Source: Phycisphaeraceae bacterium (GTDB taxonomy: Bacteria; Planctomycetota; Phycisphaerae; Phycisphaerales; Zrk34). From it: a stretch of DNA of 43,863 nt. Shown here one piece after another: positions 25,716-32,743 of this stretch (position 1 is its first letter; every line of letters begins with the position of its first letter). Position numbers and translations under genes: made by a program. The notes beneath the pieces are model-generated. The model was not told the DNA's origin. It saw only the letters and a program-made list of their open reading frames with translations, and made no database searches. The DNA lies in assembly GCA_028281485.1 (NCBI GenBank), contig JANQJT010000342.1, forward strand, positions 1 through 43,863. The letters run 5' to 3'.

Positions 25716-27514
25716 GCAAGCGAGGCTCCCTAACCTGGGAAAAGCGACCCGGCCTGCACGCGGCGGTCATCACGACCACCTTCACGGTCGTTGCGTACTT
25801 TTTGATCAGCCGACTCGAGACCATGGGCGACGGCGCCGGTCGCGCGGTTCTCGGCGCGATGGCGCTTGTCCTATTCGCAATGGGCGTGTGGATGCTGCGG
25901 CGATGCAACCGATCGGATTGGGGCTTGCTTCAGACGATCGGACTGTTTTTGTCTGCCTTTATGGTCCTGCTCGGCGTGGATTGTTTCCTGGGCGCTGCTT
26001 TCGACACGATGCTGATGAAGACACGCTGGGGCGCGGTGATCGGTCTCAGCCTGGTCTTGTCCGTCGGGTTTCTGATCGGTTACGGCTTGTTGCAAGTCAC
26101 GCTGTCCTTGCCGTGGCGACCATTGGGCGTGGCACGCGCGATCATCGCCGAAGCGATGGCCTACCGCGTCGTCGTAGGGGTGGTTGGGGCGCTGTTTCTC
26201 GGAGTCGTGGCGATCCCCCTCATGATCGGCCAGACCGAGTACAACACGCTCGAAGACATACCCACGCTCTACGATCGGATGCGAAAGTACCTGTCGTTTT
26301 CGTTCATGTTCGTCTCGGCGATGCTGTCGCTGATGACGGTGGTGCTCAGCTGCTGGTCGCTCAGCAACGAGGTCGACCAGCGATACGTCTACACGACGCT
26401 GACCAAGCCGATATCGCGGGGCGGCTACCTGCTGGGTAAGTGGCTGGGTGTGATGCTGCTCAACGGCCTGCTCGTGCTGGTCGTCGGCATCGCGATGTAT
26501 GGCTTCACCGTCTTCTATCTCGCCAAGATGGACCCGATCCACGCGCTAGACGAGAACGCGGTCAGCAAACAACTGCTGACCGCACGCATCGCCTCCACCG
26601 CCCAGCCCCCCGAGGAATTAGAGAAGTTGGCTGATGATGAACTCGAACGCATCCGCGTGGAGTTCGGTGATCGCTACATCGATGAACGCGGCGGCGACGC
26701 GGTTTTCCGTGAGGAAATCCTTGGGCGCCTGCTCGGCGAGTGGCGCAGCGTCGCGCCCTACGGCCGGGAGAACTATCGTCGCGTCTACAAGTTTACCGGG
26801 CTCGACACGGAAAACCGCAGCGACGAGTTCAACGCTCAGATCCAGTACACGCTACGCGCAGGCAGCTCCGTGCCCAAAGGCCAGGCGCGCGTCGGTTGGA
26901 CGGTCAACGGCTCGCCCATCACAGAGGTCGACGGCATCGAAGTCCCGCTGCGCATCCGACAGACCCTGCCGTTTCAGTCCAGCCGCATCAACGACGACGG
27001 CACGGTACTGCTCGAGCTGTTCAACCTGACCCCGGGTTCGTCGCTATACTTCAGCGGATTCGACAACCTGCAGGTCATGCACGAGGCCGACGGCTTTTCA
27101 GGAAACTTCGCACGCGCGATGATGATCGTCTGGATCAAGCTCATGTTCTTTGCCGCGCTGGGCCTGACCATGTCGACGTTTCTTAATTTCTACGTGTCGA
27201 TCCTCGGCTCCCTGCTGGTGCTCATCGCCGCGTCGAGCGGCAGCTACATCCTCGAGGCGGCCAGCCACTACGGCATCGGGCCCGATGCGCTGTTGATCGA
27301 GCAAGCGTTGCACTACATCGCCGTGACCTTTACATGGCCGCTGCAGCAGTACAGCAGCTTCGAACCGGGCAAGCACATCGTCGACGGACTGTACATCTCA
27401 TGGGGCCAATTGGGCCGATGCGTGCTGGTGCTGGGTGTGATCTGGACGGGCCTCGCGGGACTCATCGGATGGGGCATTTTCGCCCGGCGTGAGCTGGCGC
27501 GTGTGCAGGTGTAA
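25712..27514 (+). CDS. oversized ABC-2 family permease (extra N-terminal TMs plus an inserted soluble domain of about 215 aa)
   Basis: GTG start overlapping the upstream stop. IAEAMAYRVVVG and TLTKPISRGGYLLGKWLG are family motifs. A long non-hydrophobic segment (about aa 275-490) sits between TM blocks. Confidence 0.75.
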   Translation: MSKRGSLTWEKRPGLHAAVITTTFTVVAYFLISRLETMGDGAGRAVLGAMALVLFAMGVWMLRRCNRSDWGLLQTIGLFLSAFMVLLGVDCFLGAAFDTMLMKTRWGAVIGLSLVLSVGFLIGYGLLQVTLSLPWRPLGVARAIIAEAMAYRVVVGVVGALFLGVVAIPLMIGQTEYNTLEDIPTLYDRMRKYLSFSFMFVSAMLSLMTVVLSCWSLSNEVDQRYVYTTLTKPISRGGYLLGKWLGVMLLNGLLVLVVGIAMYGFTVFYLAKMDPIHALDENAVSKQLLTARIASTAQPPEELEKLADDELERIRVEFGDRYIDERGGDAVFREEILGRLLGEWRSVAPYGRENYRRVYKFTGLDTENRSDEFNAQIQYTLRAGSSVPKGQARVGWTVNGSPITEVDGIEVPLRIRQTLPFQSSRINDDGTVLLELFNLTPGSSLYFSGFDNLQVMHEADGFSGNFARAMMIVWIKLMFFAALGLTMSTFLNFYVSILGSLLVLIAASSGSYILEAASHYGIGPDALLIEQALHYIAVTFTWPLQQYSSFEPGKHIVDGLYISWGQLGRCVLVLGVIWTGLAGLIGWGIFARRELARVQV

Positions 27515-27523
27515 ACACAAGAC

Positions 27524-29815
27524 ATGAACAAGAACACGCTGATCATCCTGGTAGCCGTTTCGGTCGCGATTGCCGCGCTCGGCGCCAATTTCATGCTCAG
27601 CGGCGAGCTCAACCGACGCCGCGTCGAGGAACAACTCACCTACAACACCGATGTCCGCGAGAACCTCTCGCCACGCATGGCGCTGGCCTCGCTCATGTCC
27701 GGCTCGTTCCGTGGCGTTGCGATCAACTTCCTCTGGCAGCGCGCCAACAACCTCAAACAGGAGGGCAAGCACTTCGAGGCGGTCGACCTGGCCGAGTTCA
27801 TCTCCGAGCTGCAGCCCCGCTTCGACCAGGTCTGGGTCTTCCAGTCCTGGAACATGGCTTACAACATTTCCGTCGCCACCCACACCGACAGCGAGCGTTG
27901 GTTCTGGGTCAGTCGCGGCGTCGAACTGATCCGTGACAAGGGCCTGCGCTACAACCCCGACTCGGTCGCGCTCTATCGGCAGCTGTCGTGGACATTCTCC
28001 CACAAGATCGGCCAGGAGACCGACGAGGCCCACCGGCACTACAAGATCATGTTGGCGCTGGAGTGGAATCGTCTGCTCGGCACGCCGCCCCGACCGGGCC
28101 TGGTTGAGCAACGCGACCTCGACGGTCAGGTCGTGCTCGACGAAACGGGCCAACCGATCATGCGCCTGGCCGAAATCGAAGCCTTTGCGCCCATCGCCGC
28201 GATGGACCAGCGCTACTTCGCTATCGACGAGGTCTCCCGCGACTTGCGCAAGCAACTGGAACAGGTCATCCTCGAACGCGCACAGGACCTGGTCGTTCGC
28301 GGCATCGCCGAGTCCGAAGACCCCGTGATCGAGGCGCTGCGCAACCTGGCTTACTCGCGTCCGGGCGTGTTCGACCGCAAGGCGTCGCGCTACTGTGAGC
28401 AGTGGGCCCAGACCGAGCCTCAGATCGTCGCCAAGCTCCGCGCGATGATCGAGCAGAACAAGCCCAAGCTGGCTGCTGAGTGGATCGATACCGACCAGCG
28501 GTTTATCGAGGATTTCCCCGAGGCCACCGAGCGCGTCGGCGCGCTGCGGCTACGCGAGTTCAAATTGGACAGCGAACTGTTGCGCCGCCTCGGCATCGGT
28601 ACCGAGCGCGTCGCCGCCCAGAACCTCGGCTTCAACACCCCCAGCGAAGAAGGCGAGATCTCGCGTGACGCGTACATCGATGATTGGCTCCGTCAGACCG
28701 ACCCCGCTGTGGTGCGCGTACGCGATCAATTGATCCTGCCCTACCTGCGAGCCAAGACGCTGCGCGACACCTACAACATGTCGCCCACCTTTATGTTCGA
28801 GCTGATGGAGGGCGACTGGATGCGGGTGGCCGACAACCCGCTGACCGATCGCGACGAGTCGCAGCCCCTGCCCCTGCCGATCGATTGGCGTCACCCCGGC
28901 GCACACGGCATGTACTGGGCCTGGCGCGGTGTGTGGTTCAGCCGGCAACGCATGCACGACAGCGACGAGTTCTTCTTCGAGCTGCTCAACGTCTACCGCA
29001 TGGTCATCCACAACTCCCAGTGGCTGGCGCACAACGGCAGGCTGACATTCGACCCGATCACGCGTTACTACGATTGGCAGTCCGACCCCCGCATGATCGA
29101 GCTCTACCTCCGCCTGTACACCGGTCATACGGACTACATCGGCGGCATCTACAAGCAATCCGTCGCCGCCGAGAGCCTCGGCATCGGCCTGGAGCACTTC
29201 TACGAGTGGGCGATCGACAACTACTGGTGGTACGGCTACGAGCGCGAGGCGCGAGCGCTGTACCGCGAGTTGCAACGCGTCTTCCCCGATTCCGACATGC
29301 AACGCAAGCGGGCCGGCATGCCCATCGAACAGTTCGTGATGCGCGAGTTCTTCGACGACCTCGAAGAACCCGACCTCGCCCGTCAAAAGATCATCGGCAC
29401 GCTCTACCAATGGCTCCGCGCCGCCTACATCAACAACGAACCGGAACTCGCAGAACGGCGCCTGCGACAGGCGCAGCTCATGTACCGTCGCTACATGCAG
29501 CACTGGAGCGACACGCCGCGCATGATACTGCCGCCGTGGGACCAGCTGCTGACCGATGTGTGCTCCAGCTACATGCTCAGCCCGATCGGCCAGGGCGATG
29601 TTGCGGCGCAGATCCTATCCGGCCGCTACCAGTTCTGGCGGTACGCGCCGGTGGAGTTGAAACAGGCGATGTGGGACCGCATCCACGAGCCGCTGTACAC
29701 GATGATCCGCCGATCCGGAGCAGGCCTGAACGACCCGAGCGTGCTGTTCCCCGAGCCGCCCGGCATGGAGCAGTGGCGTGAGCAAAACCGTAACCGCGCC
29801 ACTCAGGGCAACTGA
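27524..29815 (+). CDS. hypothetical 763-aa protein, single N-terminal anchor, Trp/Tyr-rich helical body
   Basis: ATG lies 9 nt after the permease stop. Anchor LIILVAVSVAIAALGANFML. Blocks such as FLWQRANNLKQEG, VWVFQSWNMAYNISV and ERWFWVSRGVELIRDKG match no family I can name. Confidence 0.65.
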   Translation: MNKNTLIILVAVSVAIAALGANFMLSGELNRRRVEEQLTYNTDVRENLSPRMALASLMSGSFRGVAINFLWQRANNLKQEGKHFEAVDLAEFISELQPRFDQVWVFQSWNMAYNISVATHTDSERWFWVSRGVELIRDKGLRYNPDSVALYRQLSWTFSHKIGQETDEAHRHYKIMLALEWNRLLGTPPRPGLVEQRDLDGQVVLDETGQPIMRLAEIEAFAPIAAMDQRYFAIDEVSRDLRKQLEQVILERAQDLVVRGIAESEDPVIEALRNLAYSRPGVFDRKASRYCEQWAQTEPQIVAKLRAMIEQNKPKLAAEWIDTDQRFIEDFPEATERVGALRLREFKLDSELLRRLGIGTERVAAQNLGFNTPSEEGEISRDAYIDDWLRQTDPAVVRVRDQLILPYLRAKTLRDTYNMSPTFMFELMEGDWMRVADNPLTDRDESQPLPLPIDWRHPGAHGMYWAWRGVWFSRQRMHDSDEFFFELLNVYRMVIHNSQWLAHNGRLTFDPITRYYDWQSDPRMIELYLRLYTGHTDYIGGIYKQSVAAESLGIGLEHFYEWAIDNYWWYGYEREARALYRELQRVFPDSDMQRKRAGMPIEQFVMREFFDDLEEPDLARQKIIGTLYQWLRAAYINNEPELAERRLRQAQLMYRRYMQHWSDTPRMILPPWDQLLTDVCSSYMLSPIGQGDVAAQILSGRYQFWRYAPVELKQAMWDRIHEPLYTMIRRSGAGLNDPSVLFPEPPGMEQWREQNRNRATQGN

Positions 29816-29969
29816 TCGCCATTTGTTTGATCTCAACCCGCCGCGCGACAGCCAATCCAGGCGGTGGTATTGGACAAACTCGCATTCAACCGATCCAATA
29901 AAACGTGTGGCGTCGTCTTGGCGCCCCGTCCTCGCCCGCTAAACGTCGCCACTCACGCGGAGCCATCGG

Positions 29970-30938
29970 ATGGCGCAGATCGATTCAACTCAGCCCCTCG
30001 GCCCGGCGCCCCCGGAACCGCCAGCCCCCACACCGCGCAATCGGTTCTCCAGCCTCTCCCTTCCCTGGATCGTCAGCATCGCCGTACACATCGCCATCGC
30101 GGTCATCGGCATGTTCGTTGTCTGGTCTTCGACCACACAGAAACCCGACAAGGTCATCGTGCCGTTGACACGTTTCACCGGCGACGTGGTCGCCGAGAAC
30201 CTAGCCGACCCACAGGACACCGAAATCGCTGTGATCCACGAACGGGTGCAAACAGCCGAACCGGTCGAGGTCGCGACAGCCGAGCCGCCGGACCTGCTCG
30301 CGATCGACAACGACGCGCCGCTGAGCGCGATCGATATCGAAGTCGCGCTTCCCCTGCCTCCGGGCACGACGACCGATCGCCCCGAGCTGTCGGTCGAGTT
30401 GTTTGGCGTCGGCGGCAACGCGCGCACCGTCGTCTTCGTGGTCGACGCGTCCGGCTCGCTGCTCGACGTGTTGCCGCAAGTCATCAACGAGCTGGCACGC
30501 TCGATCCGTCAGCTGTCGACCGAGCAACGTTTCACCGTGATCTTCTTCCAGGGCGGCCGGGTCATCCACGTGCCCGTGCCGCACGCGGGCCTGAAGCGCG
30601 CCACCGCTGACGCCAAGCGAGCCGTCATCCGATGGATCGCGCTGGACAGCGGCAACATCCGCGCCGCCGGCTCGACCAACCCGCTTATCGCGCTCGAGGC
30701 CGCGATCAAGCTCAAGCCGGAACTGATCTTTGTCATGTCCGACGACTTCCGCGGCGCGGGCGATACGCCCCAGACGCAGCGCGCGATGTTGCAACGCGTC
30801 GCCCGGGCCGTCGGCGACACCAACCTCGCAATCAACACCATCGAGTTCAACGACATCGACCGGTCCGGCGTCCTCCGTCGGATCGCCGAACGACACGGCG
30901 GAACCTACAAGCACGTGGGCGATCCGCTGCAGCGATAG
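29970..30938 (+). CDS. vWA (MIDAS) domain protein with a Pro-rich N-terminus and a TonB-like SxxxH transmembrane anchor
   Basis: PLGPAPPEPPAPTP, then the anchor LPWIVSIAVHIAIAVIGMFVV (S36-x3-H40). The MIDAS residues are complete: VVDASGS ... GSTN ... VMSDD. No TonB C-terminal domain recognisable. Confidence 0.75.
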   Translation: MAQIDSTQPLGPAPPEPPAPTPRNRFSSLSLPWIVSIAVHIAIAVIGMFVVWSSTTQKPDKVIVPLTRFTGDVVAENLADPQDTEIAVIHERVQTAEPVEVATAEPPDLLAIDNDAPLSAIDIEVALPLPPGTTTDRPELSVELFGVGGNARTVVFVVDASGSLLDVLPQVINELARSIRQLSTEQRFTVIFFQGGRVIHVPVPHAGLKRATADAKRAVIRWIALDSGNIRAAGSTNPLIALEAAIKLKPELIFVMSDDFRGAGDTPQTQRAMLQRVARAVGDTNLAINTIEFNDIDRSGVLRRIAERHGGTYKHVGDPLQR

Positions 30939-30972
30939 ACCGACACGCGCCTCGCGCGCGAAAGGAGACGAT

Positions 30973-31749
30973 ATGCGATCACGCAAGACCCGGTACGCGA
31001 CCCTCACCCTCTGCGTACTGACCGCCTGGACGGCACAGGCGCTGGCGCAGGGCGGAGCGGAACCGACCGACGCCGAACCGACCAGCTTCACCTCGATGTT
31101 CTTCTGGTCCGACTCACGCCTCGGCCTGGTGCTGATCTACCTGCTGCTGACGATGTCGGTCGCGACCGTCGGGCTGATCATCCACTACGTCCTGCAGAAC
31201 AGGCGTACCAACATCCTCTCGCCATCAGCCAAGCAGGACATCGGCTCCAGCCTCAACAGCGGGCTGTACGGCAAAGCCATCGAGATCGCCCAGCGCGACC
31301 CCAGCGTGTTCGGTCGTATCATCGGCACAGCGCTCGGTGAGTCGTCGCACGGCTACGGCGCCATGGAACGCGCGATCGAAGAATCCGGCGACGTCGCCAT
31401 CATCTCTCGCGTTCGCGCGTTGGATATCCTCAACGTCTTCGGCGCCGTCGGCCCCATGATCGGGCTCTTCGGCACCGTCTACGGCATGATCATCACCTTC
31501 CAGGCCATCGAACAGACCGGTGGCAGACCCGACGTCGGCCAACTCGCCGGCGGCATCTCCACCGCGCTGGTCACCACCTTCTGGGGCCTGCTCGTCGGCA
31601 TCCCCGCCACCGCCGCCGCCGCGCTCATCCGCAACCGAATCGAAGGTCTCGTCACCGAGGCCATGGCCGAGGCCGACGCCATGATCGGCCGCTTCCGTCC
31701 CGCCCCACAAACCGACGCCACACAGACCAGCACGGAACCCCGCGATTGA
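30973..31749 (+). CDS. exbB: MotA/TolQ/ExbB-family proton channel protein
   Basis: AAAGGAG RBS and a signal-like N-terminus. LNVFGAVGPMIGLFGTVYGMIITFQAI and GGISTALVTTFWGLLVGIPA are the family signature helices. Start set at ATG 30973, not 30730. Confidence 0.88.
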   Translation: MRSRKTRYATLTLCVLTAWTAQALAQGGAEPTDAEPTSFTSMFFWSDSRLGLVLIYLLLTMSVATVGLIIHYVLQNRRTNILSPSAKQDIGSSLNSGLYGKAIEIAQRDPSVFGRIIGTALGESSHGYGAMERAIEESGDVAIISRVRALDILNVFGAVGPMIGLFGTVYGMIITFQAIEQTGGRPDVGQLAGGISTALVTTFWGLLVGIPATAAAALIRNRIEGLVTEAMAEADAMIGRFRPAPQTDATQTSTEPRD

Positions 31750-32216
31750 TCTCCCGAAGACGCTACAGACCCGCGCGCGTGCAGACGAACATGACCTCCA
31801 TGCTCGACGTGGTCTTTCTATTGATCATCTTCTTCATCCTCGCCACCAACTTCGCTGCCAAGGACGTGCCCCGCATGGACACACCCGAACCCAACGTCAG
31901 CCTCGCCGAGCAGTGGGACAAGCCCAACGCGCGCGTGATTAATCTGTTGGCTGATCCGGCTGCGCCGGGTGAAGTCGGCGAGGTGCTCCTGCAGGGCGGT
32001 CGCGGCAGCTACCCGATGAGCGCCCAGGGCCTGGCCGACCTGACCGAGTCGCTGTATCAGATGCGACAGCGCATGCCCGCCTTGGAGATCGACGTCCGCG
32101 CCGATCGGTCGCTGCCTTACGACCGGGTCGAACCGGTGTTGGACGCGATCAAGGCCGCGGGTATCTTCCGGGTCAACCTCGTCGCTCAGCTCCAACGCGG
32201 GGGGGTGGCCCCTTGA
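31746..32216 (+). CDS. exbD: ExbD/TolR-family protein 1
   Basis: TNMTSMLDVVFLLIIFF (conserved TM Asp), then a periplasmic domain ending IFRVNLV. TTG start overlaps the exbB stop (TTGA). Confidence 0.85.
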   Translation: MISRRRYRPARVQTNMTSMLDVVFLLIIFFILATNFAAKDVPRMDTPEPNVSLAEQWDKPNARVINLLADPAAPGEVGEVLLQGGRGSYPMSAQGLADLTESLYQMRQRMPALEIDVRADRSLPYDRVEPVLDAIKAAGIFRVNLVAQLQRGGVAP

Positions 32217-32743
32217 GCACGACACCGATACACGCCGAACCCGATCGCGCAGATACAGGTCAGACCGTGCATCACCGACGCCACACCGCGCGCGATCGCG
32301 GCCTGCAACCGCTGAACCTCACCAGCATGCTCGACGTCTGCTTCCTCCTGCTCGTGTTCTTTGCGCTCACCGCGAGCTTCGCCATCGACGAGGGCGTGTT
32401 GCCGACGGAACTGCCGGACGAGGGGCGCGGCGTCGCGGTCGATGCGCCGCCGCCGGTCGAGCCGATCCGCATCGTGCTCACGCCGCAGAACACCGACGGC
32501 GTCCGGATCGAGGTGCAATCCGTCCACCAACCCGTCCCCGCCAACAGCGAGCGGCTCTACCTGATGCTCGACAGCTGGCGGTTCGATCAACAGACCGGTC
32601 AGGGCCTGTTCGACGCGAGCAATCCCGTTGTCATCCGCGTCAGCGGCGCGGTCCGATGGCAACACGTCGTCGATGTTTATAATGCGGTCCTGCGTGCGAA
32701 GTACACCAACGTCGGCATCGTCGGCAACGAGCGAGACGCGTGA
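32213..32743 (+). CDS. exbD: ExbD/TolR-family protein 2
   Basis: LNLTSMLDVCFLLLVFF with the TM Asp. TTG start overlaps the previous stop (TTGA). Confidence 0.85.
   Translation: MSTTPIHAEPDRADTGQTVHHRRHTARDRGLQPLNLTSMLDVCFLLLVFFALTASFAIDEGVLPTELPDEGRGVAVDAPPPVEPIRIVLTPQNTDGVRIEVQSVHQPVPANSERLYLMLDSWRFDQQTGQGLFDASNPVVIRVSGAVRWQHVVDVYNAVLRAKYTNVGIVGNERDA

Noticed and set aside
28550-29503. 317-aa antisense ORF and the 365-aa alternative plus-frame ORF (28684-29781) inside the 763-aa gene
   Set aside because: Both have Arg/Ala/Pro/Gly-biased junk-like composition. The chosen frame is continuous for 763 codons with a proper start context.
30730-30972. 81-codon extension of the exbB ORF overlapping the end of the vWA gene
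   Set aside because: The extension is out of frame with the well-supported vWA C-terminus and is Pro/Ser/Thr/Ala-rich. ATG 30973 has an AAAGGAG RBS and starts a signal-like sequence.
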